A stretch of 62,695 nt of DNA, the filler included. It is 8 parts of 8 records of this genome, joined end to end, with 100 filler letters (N's around TTAATTAATTAA, not from the genome) between each part and the next. Parts side by side here need not be neighbours in the genome. Positions count along the whole stretch, not along the records: positions 30,183 to 39,579 come from SRR31147125_22816; 7 more parts are not named here. One strand, 5' to 3'. Both the position numbers and the translations under genes were made by a program. This document shows, in pieces, positions 30,272 through 39,679 of the stretch (position 1 is its first letter; each line of letters opens with the position of its first letter). A model generated the notes under the pieces. It was not told the origin of the DNA and did no database searches. It saw only the letters and a list, made by a program, of their open reading frames with translations.

Positions 30272-31480
30272 TCAAACATCTTCAGCTGCTTTTATTTCGT
30301 CAATATACCAACTCATGATCTTTTCAAATTCTTCACCTTCGGAAAAACCTACTTTTTTATACCTGATCATTCCTTGCTTATCAATAACAAATAAGGTGGG
30401 AATTCCCTTAACACCAAAATCCTTATTCATACCATCGGCATAAAAAACATTAAAATCATAGGCATTTTCCTCAATGAATGGCGGGACCAAAAATTTATCT
30501 TTGTCCGTAGAAACCACTAAGATCTCGACTTCATCATCGTTTTCGTAAAGATGATAGACTTCATTCATATGTGGAAGTTCTTTTCTACACGGAGGACACC
30601 ACGTGGCAAAGAAACTAACGATCACTATTTTGTTATCAAAATTTTCTTGAGTTACCATTTGTGAATCCAGCCCCATGATCTCAAAATCGGGCATTGATAT
30701 ATTCAACTGATCGGCCAGAAGATTCTGACGCAAAATATTACGACCGACAAATACCGTTTCATCTACCATGGTATTGATCTCAGCTTTGGAGTATCCCAAT
30801 AATCCCGCAGTATTATTGATCTCAGATTTTGCATCCAAAGAACCTGGAGTCATTTTCAAAGCTTCGATCGAAGCGATCAAAGAGGCTTCATAGCGATTCA
30901 ATTTATTTAATGCTTTCGCATAGTTTAACAAAATATCCGTATCTTGATACTCTCCTATTATCTCTTCATAAACTTCAAGAGCTTCCGTCAAATAACTTCG
31001 TTTTACCAGAAGCTGAGCATATTCATCACTTACCATTGCACGATATGCTGTCAATCTGTCATTCAACTCTTCTTCGGTAAAATTCCGTTCTAAATAGTAC
31101 TCTTTTGCGGAAAGCACGAACTCTTCTGTTTTTATCATTGAATTTGCCCTTTGGACCGCAGAAAATACTGAATCGGAAAGATCCGGGTGAACTTCAGCAT
31201 CACTTGAAAGGAAACCCAGCGTCATTGCTTTTGAAAAAACATCAGGATTAGCATTATAGATATTAATAACCTTCTGATAATGCTCTACCTCTCCCTTTTC
31301 CGCTATTTGCGGTAATATTCTTTCACAAGCAGAATAAAGTTCAGGACTTTCTTTTTTCTGGTTTTTCAATATATAAGAAATATAGCTGTTATAATCAGAT
31401 TCGCTTGTCAGTTCACGATTCCCACAACCAGCCATAATCAACACAACCAGTATCAGCAAAATAATTGTGACCTTCTTCAT
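30272..31480 (-). CDS. TlpA/ResA-like thiol-disulfide oxidoreductase lipoprotein with a TPR region
   Basis: Lipobox MAGC; 'FFATWCPPCRKELP'; 'GIPTLFVIDKQG'. Confidence 0.87.
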   Translation of the reverse strand: MKKVTIILLILVVLIMAGCGNRELTSESDYNSYISYILKNQKKESPELYSACERILPQIAEKGEVEHYQKVINIYNANPDVFSKAMTLGFLSSDAEVHPDLSDSVFSAVQRANSMIKTEEFVLSAKEYYLERNFTEEELNDRLTAYRAMVSDEYAQLLVKRSYLTEALEVYEEIIGEYQDTDILLNYAKALNKLNRYEASLIASIEALKMTPGSLDAKSEINNTAGLLGYSKAEINTMVDETVFVGRNILRQNLLADQLNISMPDFEIMGLDSQMVTQENFDNKIVIVSFFATWCPPCRKELPHMNEVYHLYENDDEVEILVVSTDKDKFLVPPFIEENAYDFNVFYADGMNKDFGVKGIPTLFVIDKQGMIRYKKVGFSEGEEFEKIMSWYIDEIKAAEDV

Positions 31481-31497
31481 TTTATCTCCTACCCTTT

Positions 31498-32535
31498 TTA
31501 CTTCAAAATATCCAAAGACATCCTGAGTGAAATTAAATGCGAACTTCCCAGATCGCCTTCCCTGGATGGCCTGAATGAATAACTTATATCTATATCTTTG
31601 GCCGAAAACTCTACTCCGGCATGAATACCGTCACCGTATCTATAACTGAATCCCAGCGAAACAATATCTTTATAGCTGACTTGAACGACAGGTTGAATAT
31701 CCAATGCCAGAAAAGATCCCATTCGAATCAAATAATAATCCAAATCCTGAGCAAAAGATATTTCAGAAGAAATACCGGGTTTGATACTGAAATCACCTGT
31801 AGAAAACGGTAGAAGCCAAGCAGCTTTTATCTGAGGCGCATAGTATTGAGCCGTACCACTTCCATAAACCATTACCGCAGATGGAGGATTCTTAATAGAA
31901 TATAATGACTGAACTAATTTGCCTTTATGCTCAGCATGGATATCAAAACTCAATCCAAATCCATTGGTCTCGATCAATCCGGTATATAAAAAACCAACAT
32001 TGATACCAACACGAAATTTCTCACCGATATATAGGGGCGTTCCAAGGTGCACTGAATAATTTGCAATGCCCGTGAACAGGACACCATCGTAATCGATGAT
32101 CTCATTCTCGTCTAATTGACCATTTCCCTCACCGGTATCTCCGGTACCCGGAATGCCATCATATCCATAATCCAGAAGAGCATTTCTTGAATCGGGGACA
32201 TCACTTACTCCGATCCTGGATACCATGATACCAAGCGGCCTGTTCTTAAAGTTAAAAGCAAATGCCGCAGTACTTGCGGTAACCTGATTTCCAAACCAGG
32301 ATGAATGATATAAATAAAGTGATTTATGAGTGGTCTCACCCAGTCTGGATGGGTTTAGCATAACATTTTCACTGCCATACTGGATAAGCCCATATGCCTG
32401 ACCGTATAACTCTCCACCGGGTCCCCGGATCAGATTAAGATAATCGTTGCCATAACTTGCATAACCCGCCATCATGATGAAAGGCATCATTAAAAAGAGG
32501 ATAAAAAGTGACATATTTTTCATTTTAAGCAACAT
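31498..32535 (-). CDS. Hypothetical secreted protein, probable outer-membrane beta-barrel (PorV/PorQ-like)
   Basis: Signal peptide, 'NPSRL', alternating amphipathic strands, C-terminal 'DLGSSHLISL', acidic Gly-rich insert 'DYGYDGIPGTGDTGEGNG'. Confidence 0.45.
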   Translation of the reverse strand: MLLKMKNMSLFILFLMMPFIMMAGYASYGNDYLNLIRGPGGELYGQAYGLIQYGSENVMLNPSRLGETTHKSLYLYHSSWFGNQVTASTAAFAFNFKNRPLGIMVSRIGVSDVPDSRNALLDYGYDGIPGTGDTGEGNGQLDENEIIDYDGVLFTGIANYSVHLGTPLYIGEKFRVGINVGFLYTGLIETNGFGLSFDIHAEHKGKLVQSLYSIKNPPSAVMVYGSGTAQYYAPQIKAAWLLPFSTGDFSIKPGISSEISFAQDLDYYLIRMGSFLALDIQPVVQVSYKDIVSLGFSYRYGDGIHAGVEFSAKDIDISYSFRPSREGDLGSSHLISLRMSLDILK

Positions 32536-32646
32536 ATTGGTTAGAATATAAGGATTTTTTACACGGGATGTTCCTTGTTTTTTCTTTTTTATAAGGGCAA
32601 TAAAGCGTATATTTTCTGTCTTGAAAAGCTAGAAATAATCGGACTA

Positions 32647-34950
32647 ATGAAAAAAACATTTAAAACATTGTATTTATTGGTATTGCTGCTGGTATTTTTT
32701 TCTTGCCAGAAGACCCCGGAAACAAAGGGTTTAAAACATGGCATTTATAAGATCTATCCCGTATCAGGTACTATTTTCCCAAATGAGATTTCTGCTCCAA
32801 CTGTAAAGTGGAGTACAATTTCACGGAACAATGATCTTTATCGACTTTTTTTCACAGATCAAAACGGCAAGCAAATATTAACAGCTAAAAGCACCGAAAA
32901 CACCTGGCGTCCAAACAAGGCTCAATGGAATAGAATAAAAACAGCTTCTTTGGAATCAAATATTGAACTTACAATTTTTGTTTATAGAGATAATGAACCC
33001 GTTTCTCATGGTAAAACCATCTTTTCAACTTCACCTGATCCAGTTGATGGAATGTTATTCTATCGAAATGTCCCCTTGCCTTTCAGCTTTGCCAATAAAA
33101 ACAAAGAATTGCTTAGTTGGCATCTAGCCGATATTTCAAAGGACAAATCAAAATGCGTGATGACAGGTATACCGGTTTGTGCAAATTGCCATTCCTTCTC
33201 TGCTGATGGTTCAACGCTGGCAATGGATGTAGATTACTCGAATGATAAGGGAAATTACGCTATTGTCCCCATCGAGAAAAACACAGCTTTGATACCGGAA
33301 AAGATCATTTCCTGGAGTGATTATAAAAGAGATGACGGTGATTTTACATTTGCACTGCTTTCACAAATATCACCTGACGGACGATATGTTTTAAGCACTG
33401 TTAAAGATCGTTCAATCTTTGTTCCTGTAGATAATCTTGAATACTCACAATTATTTTTCCCTTTCAAAGGGATCCTTGCTGTTTACGATAGAGAAACGAA
33501 TAAATTCTGGTCATTGCCCGGTGCTGATGATCCCGATTATGTTCAGAGTAATCCCACCTGGAGCCCTGATGGAAAGCATATTTTATTCACCCGCTCCGAA
33601 AGATATCATGATCCCGAAGCCGAAGCATCGACTTCTGCCGTAATTGGAACCGGGATCGCTGATGAATTCCTTTCGGGTGAACAAGGTTTTAAATACGACA
33701 TATACAAAGTCCCATTCAACAAGGGCAAGGGCGGTACCGCAGAACCTCTATCTGGCGCATCAAATAACGACAAAAGCGATTACTTCCCTCGATATACGCC
33801 GGACGGGAAATGGGTGGTTTTTTGCCAAGCCGATGACTTTATGTTATTACAGCCATCAAGCAAATTATATATCGTTCCCGCTGAGGGTGGTGAAGCTCGT
33901 TTAATGAACTGCAATACCTCCAATATGAACTCCTGGCATTCATTTTCACCCAATGGAAAATGGATGGTCTTTGCATCAAAAGAAAATGGACCCTATACTC
34001 AGCTTATGCTTACTCATCTTGATGAGAATGGAAATGATGCCCCAGCCGTACTTTTAGAATCACTTCAGGCGGAGAAACGTGCCGCAAATATTCCGGAATT
34101 TGTCAAGATCGGCTACAATGATCTTGATAATATCTCCGATGATTTTTCAAATACCGGTAATTATTATTTAAGGTCTGCTACTGAGCTATTTATTCTTGAC
34201 GAGTTGTCAAGAGCTGAAGAATTGTTTGATAAAGCCATTTCTAATGATCCCGATAACTATAACACTCATTTTATGAAAGTAAGAATGCTATCTAATATTT
34301 CAGAAAATGAGTTGATGGAATTGATTGATAAAATTAATAGACACATTAAAAAGCAAACACGTGACTATAAAGCCTATCTTGACAGAGCTGAAATATACTT
34401 CAAACTGAAACAATACGATCATGCAAAACAAGACTGTAAATTGGTTTTAACCCAGTTCCCGGATGATCAACGGGCTTTAAATCTATATGCTAGCATTCAT
34501 AGTCAGACCGGCAATAAAAAAGATGCCATGAAACTATTGAATGACGCTATTTCAAAACATCCCGATAATGCTTCTGCCTGGAGTCAAAGGGGTTTATTAT
34601 TCTATAATTCCCGTCAGTTCAAAGAAGCGATCCGGGATGCAAAAATGGCTGTATCTCTTGATAAAAACAATTACGAGTATTATATAAATCTTGGCATTTA
34701 TCAGGCACAAGGCGGTGAGCTTGATATTGCCCACAATGCTTTAGACAAAGCACTTCGCTTAAAGCCTGATTTCTATTACGCCCTATTCATAAAGGCGATG
34801 ATTCATGGACAAAGATCCGAATATGGTCAGGCAAAAGATTATTTGACCGAAGCTCAAATATCATTGGATAAATTCATAGAAAACAACCCCCTTCAAAAAC
34901 CGATCATTACCCGCTCAATGATCACATCAGAGTTGAACAGATTTAAATGA
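32647..34950 (+). CDS. Lipoprotein with a CxxCH motif, TolB/PD40 beta-propeller and C-terminal TPR repeats
   Basis: ATG at 32647 gives lipobox FFSC; CANCH at 33178-33192; repeated 'SPDG/TPDG/SPNG' PD40 motifs; TPR helices in the last ~250 aa. Confidence 0.8.
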   Translation: MKKTFKTLYLLVLLLVFFSCQKTPETKGLKHGIYKIYPVSGTIFPNEISAPTVKWSTISRNNDLYRLFFTDQNGKQILTAKSTENTWRPNKAQWNRIKTASLESNIELTIFVYRDNEPVSHGKTIFSTSPDPVDGMLFYRNVPLPFSFANKNKELLSWHLADISKDKSKCVMTGIPVCANCHSFSADGSTLAMDVDYSNDKGNYAIVPIEKNTALIPEKIISWSDYKRDDGDFTFALLSQISPDGRYVLSTVKDRSIFVPVDNLEYSQLFFPFKGILAVYDRETNKFWSLPGADDPDYVQSNPTWSPDGKHILFTRSERYHDPEAEASTSAVIGTGIADEFLSGEQGFKYDIYKVPFNKGKGGTAEPLSGASNNDKSDYFPRYTPDGKWVVFCQADDFMLLQPSSKLYIVPAEGGEARLMNCNTSNMNSWHSFSPNGKWMVFASKENGPYTQLMLTHLDENGNDAPAVLLESLQAEKRAANIPEFVKIGYNDLDNISDDFSNTGNYYLRSATELFILDELSRAEELFDKAISNDPDNYNTHFMKVRMLSNISENELMELIDKINRHIKKQTRDYKAYLDRAEIYFKLKQYDHAKQDCKLVLTQFPDDQRALNLYASIHSQTGNKKDAMKLLNDAISKHPDNASAWSQRGLLFYNSRQFKEAIRDAKMAVSLDKNNYEYYINLGIYQAQGGELDIAHNALDKALRLKPDFYYALFIKAMIHGQRSEYGQAKDYLTEAQISLDKFIENNPLQKPIITRSMITSELNRFK

Positions 34951-36065
34951 AACGATATTATTTTACTTTCTCAAGCGATAAACCCGATAGAAAAGAACAA
35001 ACTGAAGATTGTATCAAGGCGTATAAAACCTTTACTCAAAACATGAAAACACCTCTGGCCTTGAGGTGTACTTTTTTTATCGACCCAAAAGACAATGTAG
35101 AATATGAAAGCGACAAGGATCTGATCCATGCCATGACTGAAGATGTTTTCTTCTTTCCTGCCGTGATAGGTCAACCACCCATCAATGCAGGTATGGCGCT
35201 GGAATGCGTTGTTATCGACAGCAAAGAAGTGGATGCAAAGATCCATTTGCGCTCAATTAATGGACATCCATACATTGTTCTGGAAAAAGATAAAAACAAG
35301 AAACTCTACGCTTCGGGTATTTGCGGGAATGTTGGCGGAAGTATTAAAGAACAATCACAATGCGCATTTGAACTCGCCGAACAAATTCTTCAAGAAGAAG
35401 ATCTGGAGTTCTCCGACGTCGTTCGTCAATGGAATTACGTGGAAAATATTACTCAAACCGTTCATTTGGACGATGAGACTTTTCAACATTATCAAATATT
35501 CAATGATGTCCGTTCAATGCATTACGCAAAAGCACAATTCAAGAATGGTTACCCTGCTGCAACCGGTATCGGGATGGATACGGGAGGGGTTATTCTCGAG
35601 ATCATAGCAGGCAGAGGTGAAAGCTTTGAGATCATTCCTATTGATAACCCTGAACAAATCTCAGCACATCGTTATTCCGAACAGGTCCTGGTAGGCAAAG
35701 AGATCGAAGAGTTCGAGCAGAAATCAACCCCCAAGTTCGAAAGAGCAAAATTTGTTGATTCAAAATTTGGCAGAACACTTTTTATTTCCGGGACGGCCGC
35801 TATCCGTGGTGAAAACACAATTCCCTCCGCTGATATTATTGAACAAACACAGATCACGATCGAAAATATTCAAAAACTGGAATTCAACGGTTCACATGAA
35901 CATGATTATTCCATGTATCGTTTATATGTAAAAGATCCTGCTCAGGGTAAAGAAAGTCATGAGTATTCAAAGAAATTCTTCGGCAATATTCCAAGCCTTG
36001 CATTAAAAGGTCCGGTTTGTCGAGATAATCTTGTTGTAGAAATTGAAGCAGAAAAAGCTTTTTAA
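34947..36065 (+). CDS. FkbO/Hyg5-like (RidA/YjgF-fold) hydrolase, putative chorismate-converting enzyme
   Basis: 'VRQWNY', 'YQIFNDVR', 'YPAATGIG', 'PKFERAK', 'FISGTAAIRGE', 'VCRDNLVVEIE'. ATGA overlap with the upstream gene. Confidence 0.7.
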   Translation: MKRYYFTFSSDKPDRKEQTEDCIKAYKTFTQNMKTPLALRCTFFIDPKDNVEYESDKDLIHAMTEDVFFFPAVIGQPPINAGMALECVVIDSKEVDAKIHLRSINGHPYIVLEKDKNKKLYASGICGNVGGSIKEQSQCAFELAEQILQEEDLEFSDVVRQWNYVENITQTVHLDDETFQHYQIFNDVRSMHYAKAQFKNGYPAATGIGMDTGGVILEIIAGRGESFEIIPIDNPEQISAHRYSEQVLVGKEIEEFEQKSTPKFERAKFVDSKFGRTLFISGTAAIRGENTIPSADIIEQTQITIENIQKLEFNGSHEHDYSMYRLYVKDPAQGKESHEYSKKFFGNIPSLALKGPVCRDNLVVEIEAEKAF

Positions 36066-36109
36066 ACGCGAATATATTTCAAACGATAAATATCAAATAT
36101 AAAGAACAA

Positions 36110-36133
36110 GGGCTGAGAATTCTCAGCCCCTAC
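36110..36133 (-). repeat. GTAG-type REP-like palindrome, may double as a bidirectional terminator
   Basis: Minus strand reads GTAG-GGGCTGAGA-AT-TCTCAGCCC. Confidence 0.65.
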
Positions 36134-36183
36134 TTTTTACTTTGTACTTTTTCCTTTTACCTTAACTAGTTACCAGTCACTAG

Positions 36184-36861
36184 TTACTTCTTAATGAGTT
36201 TTCCATTATCGATATGATAATTGATCTCTGCGATCTTTGCTATGTTATCGTTATGTGTAACCAGAAAAAAGGTCTGATTGAGGTCTTTTTGGATCTTTTT
36301 AAAAAGATCCAGAACTTTATCACCGGTTTCCTTATCTAAATTACCTGTAGGTTCATCAGCCAGGAGAATATCCGGTTTATTCACTAAAGCTCGTCCGATC
36401 ACGGCACGTTGTTTTTCTCCACCTGAAACTTCTGCCGGGAAATGATGCATTCTTTCGGATAGCCCTAAATAATCCAACATTTCTCTGGCCTTTTCGATGG
36501 CTTCGTGACGGTTCATCCCACCAATCATCATGGGCATAGCAACATTTTCCTCAATTGAGAATTCAGGCAGCAGATAATGGAATTGAAAAACAAAACCAAT
36601 GTGTTTTAATCTAAATAGCGCCAGTTGATTTTCCGGCATATGGGTCACATTTTTACCGGCGATCATGATATCACCTGTATCAGGTGCATCCATCGTGCCG
36701 ATAATATTTAAAAATGTAGATTTCCCCGAACCGGAGGGTCCCATCAGAGAAATAAAATCTCCCTGTTCGATCTTCATATCTATACCGTCAAGCACCTTAA
36801 GGATCTTATTCCCCGACTTATAATGCTTGCTTAGATTTTTTACTTCGATGATCGTTTTCAT
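36184..36861 (-). CDS. lolD: Lipoprotein-releasing ABC transporter ATP-binding protein
   Basis: GPSGSGKST, 'GFVFQFHYLLPEF', 'SGGEKQR', 'LADEPTGNLD'. Lies downstream of two LolC/E permeases. Confidence 0.88.
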   Translation of the reverse strand: MKTIIEVKNLSKHYKSGNKILKVLDGIDMKIEQGDFISLMGPSGSGKSTFLNIIGTMDAPDTGDIMIAGKNVTHMPENQLALFRLKHIGFVFQFHYLLPEFSIEENVAMPMMIGGMNRHEAIEKAREMLDYLGLSERMHHFPAEVSGGEKQRAVIGRALVNKPDILLADEPTGNLDKETGDKVLDLFKKIQKDLNQTFFLVTHNDNIAKIAEINYHIDNGKLIKK

Positions 36862-36902
36862 AATATATTTTCCATTTTAATATTCTCTTTGTTCTTCTTC
36901 CC

Positions 36903-36926
36903 GGACAAGGCGTGCCTTGTCCCTAC
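36903..36926 (-). repeat. GTAG-type REP-like palindrome
   Basis: Minus strand reads GTAG-GGACAAGGC-AC-GCCTTGTCC. Confidence 0.7.
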
Positions 36927-36954
36927 ACCTCTCACGAGAACACTTTTCACGACG

Positions 36955-37010
36955 TTTCACATCTTACGTTTCACGTCTTACGTCTTACGTTTTACGTCTC
37001 ACATTTCACG
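36955..37010. repeat. Eight-copy heptamer tandem repeat (TYTYACR)
   Basis: TTTCACA TCTTACG TTTCACG TCTTACG TCTTACG TTTTACG TCTCACA TTTCACG. Confidence 0.85.
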
Positions 37011-38240
37011 TTATTGTTTTGTTTTGATCGCATCCAGTGGTTTGATCTTGTTCGCCCTTCTTGCCGGTACCAGAGATGATAGGGTTATCAGCAAAGATAC
37101 CATAACAAGCGTTGCTAACACATCCCATATGTTGACAATGACCGGTACATATTTGAAAATATAGACGTCATTTGCACCCGGCATGATAAAAAACGGAAAA
37201 TGCTGTTGAATAAGAAGCAATATAACTGCCGATACAGCTCCCAGCACCATACCTAGACCTCCGGTATACCATCCTAGTCTAAAGTAAATGCGATGTGCAT
37301 CTCGTGGAGCGCAACCCATACTTTGGAGTATGCCGATCTCCCACTTTTTCTCAAGCAAGAGCATGATCATGGAGGAAATCAGATTGAAGCCTGCAATGAT
37401 CACGATCAGGCAAAGTACAAGAAAGGTTGCTACTTTTTCAACTTGCATGGCCGAAAACAGTTCAAGATGTTCCTCCCACCAGGAAGCAACTCTTGTATTT
37501 TCCGGCATACGTTCTTTCCAATATTTATTGACTGCATTTAATTCGATTGACGAATGTAATTCGGCCTCGAACATATGATAATTCGGTTCATCAAGCAGGT
37601 ATTGCATATCAAGAATGTGCATATAGGCCCGATAATCGTAATCAAAAACCGTCACATTGAAAATATCTTTTACAATACATTGCATACTGGGGGCATTATA
37701 TGTTTTAACATCCAATAATGAAACCAGATTTAGCGTATCACCCACATCTAGTCCGAGTTTATTTGCCAATGACAGGCCGATCACAGTTTCCGGATATGAA
37801 GTTTGCGCCAGATCATCAGTTAAAAATTCTTTTTTTCTCAGATATGGTTCAAGATCCATGATACCTTTATATTCATCCGGCTTGACACCCTTGATAAATG
37901 CCAATTGCTGATATTTCCCGGCAGAAACAAGCATTTTTCGCTCAATACTTGGTGTTACCGTCCTGAATCGCAGGTCTTCTTTGATGTCTTCGAACAATCC
38001 ATCTCTGGTATTCGCTTCGGTATTTTTAACGTAAAAAGTCAGATCTGGAGCCATATCTTGAGTTCTCTGGAAAAGCATATCGCGGAATCCATTCATAACG
38101 GACAGCGAAGCAATGATAGCGAAAGTGCCCAGAAACGTCCCGATAATGGTAATAATTGAGGTCGTCGAGATCATTTTGACCTTCTTGCGGGATGAAAAAT
38201 ATCTTCCGGCAATATAATTGATGTAGGACTTTTTACTCAT
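37011..38240 (-). CDS. LolC/LolE family ABC permease
   Basis: 'LSVMNGF', periplasmic MacB-like domain, 'EKKWEIGILQSMG', 'VPARRANKIKP'. Confidence 0.88.
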   Translation of the reverse strand: MSKKSYINYIAGRYFSSRKKVKMISTTSIITIIGTFLGTFAIIASLSVMNGFRDMLFQRTQDMAPDLTFYVKNTEANTRDGLFEDIKEDLRFRTVTPSIERKMLVSAGKYQQLAFIKGVKPDEYKGIMDLEPYLRKKEFLTDDLAQTSYPETVIGLSLANKLGLDVGDTLNLVSLLDVKTYNAPSMQCIVKDIFNVTVFDYDYRAYMHILDMQYLLDEPNYHMFEAELHSSIELNAVNKYWKERMPENTRVASWWEEHLELFSAMQVEKVATFLVLCLIVIIAGFNLISSMIMLLLEKKWEIGILQSMGCAPRDAHRIYFRLGWYTGGLGMVLGAVSAVILLLIQQHFPFFIMPGANDVYIFKYVPVIVNIWDVLATLVMVSLLITLSSLVPARRANKIKPLDAIKTKQ

Positions 38241-39453
38241 AGCGCAAAATCTCGACAGGTTTAATGGCTGATGCTTTTCTTGCAGGGAAGAATGTTGCGA
38301 TCAAAGATGTGGCGATGCCCACAATGACAATGATCAACATCACATCCCATGTAATTTCTATGGGCAGACGATCAATAAAGTAAACATCCGCAGATAATTT
38401 TATCCAGGCAAATCGCATTTGTCCCCACTCCAGAAATTTAGAGATCAAAATACCGATACCGATCCCCATGATGGAAATACTTAAACCGTCAATAATAAAT
38501 TTCTTGCGGATTGCCGATGGCTTCATGCCCATAGATTTTAAAATAGCCGTATCACGTTCTTTAACCAAAACGATCATGATCAAAGTGGAAATAATATTAA
38601 CCATAGCAACCATTGCAATGATGCCGAAAGTAATGACAATAGGCGCTTTTTGTGTCTGTAACCATTTGAATAACATAATGTTACGTTCTCTCCAAGTTAC
38701 AGGAATATAGTGATAATCCGATACCTGATTGATCCAGTTCGATATATCATTAGCCATCAGAGGATCTTTCAATAAAAGCTGATAACCACTGATCTGATCA
38801 GCGCTCTCATTGATCTCAGCAGCAAAACTCATGGGAGCATAAACATAATTAGCATCGAATTCCTTCATGCCGGTTGAAAAGATACCAGTCACCATAGCAT
38901 CGTAAGAGCGGATGGGATTAAAAGGCGAAGGAATACCTTCAATAAATAAAGCTGAAACCGTATCCCCTACCTGAGCATTTAAATATTCCGCGGCTCCTTT
39001 GCCGAGATAAAGTCCTTTCAGTTCTTCGTTTTCCCGAAAATTCACAGTTCCGGCAATATCTTTCTTTGCTTTATAAAGCATTTCCAGAAAATCGGCTTCA
39101 TTAATGCACTCAATGATCACACCCTCGGTCTCATCTCCTTTTCTTAGCATGCTTTCAAGATCAACGTATGGTGTAACTTTTGTGATATGTTCATTTCCGA
39201 GAAGTTCATGAACATATTCGTCATCATATTCTAAGGTTTTTTTAAAACTTTCTATCCTGATATGCGCTTCAAAGCCAGTGACTTTTTCAACAAGATTGTT
39301 CTCAAATCCCCGAAGAATGCCCATGGTGATGGACATCGCGATGGTTCCGATGATCAAACCAAAAATGGCCAAAACACGAATAAATGGCACAAACTGGTCA
39401 GAGCGCTTGTGAAAAAGCGTGCGTTCGGAAAGATAAAATAGAAATTTAAACAT
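38233..39453 (-). CDS. LolC/LolE family ABC permease
   Basis: 'GILRGFE', 'KERDTAILKSMG', 'VYFIDRLP', 'FPARKASAIKPVEILRYE'. Confidence 0.88.
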   Translation of the reverse strand: MFKFLFYLSERTLFHKRSDQFVPFIRVLAIFGLIIGTIAMSITMGILRGFENNLVEKVTGFEAHIRIESFKKTLEYDDEYVHELLGNEHITKVTPYVDLESMLRKGDETEGVIIECINEADFLEMLYKAKKDIAGTVNFRENEELKGLYLGKGAAEYLNAQVGDTVSALFIEGIPSPFNPIRSYDAMVTGIFSTGMKEFDANYVYAPMSFAAEINESADQISGYQLLLKDPLMANDISNWINQVSDYHYIPVTWRERNIMLFKWLQTQKAPIVITFGIIAMVAMVNIISTLIMIVLVKERDTAILKSMGMKPSAIRKKFIIDGLSISIMGIGIGILISKFLEWGQMRFAWIKLSADVYFIDRLPIEITWDVMLIIVIVGIATSLIATFFPARKASAIKPVEILRYE

Positions 39454-39497
39454 AAAACAGTTGAAGCGTTGAAGCGTTGAAAGAATATCAGATCAAC

Positions 39498-39550
39498 AAT
39501 CCTGTATTCTTGTCAAAAACTATATAATAAATCCTGTTATCCTGTCAAAA
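39498..39550. repeat. 21-bp imperfect direct repeat pair
   Basis: AATCCTGTATTCTTGTCAAAA (39498-39518) and AATCCTGTTATCCTGTCAAAA (39530-39550), 3 mismatches. Confidence 0.7.
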
Positions 39551-39579
39551 GACCTATCGATTTGTCTACGACAATTTTC

Positions 39580-39679
39580 NNNNNNNNNNNNNNNNNNNNN
39601 NNNNNNNNNNNNNNNNNNNNNNNTTAATTAATTAANNNNNNNNNNNNNNNNNNNNNNNNNNNNNNNNNNNNNNNNNNNN
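39580..39679. other. Artificial contig spacer
   Basis: N-run / TTAATTAATTAA / N-run. Confidence 0.98.
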
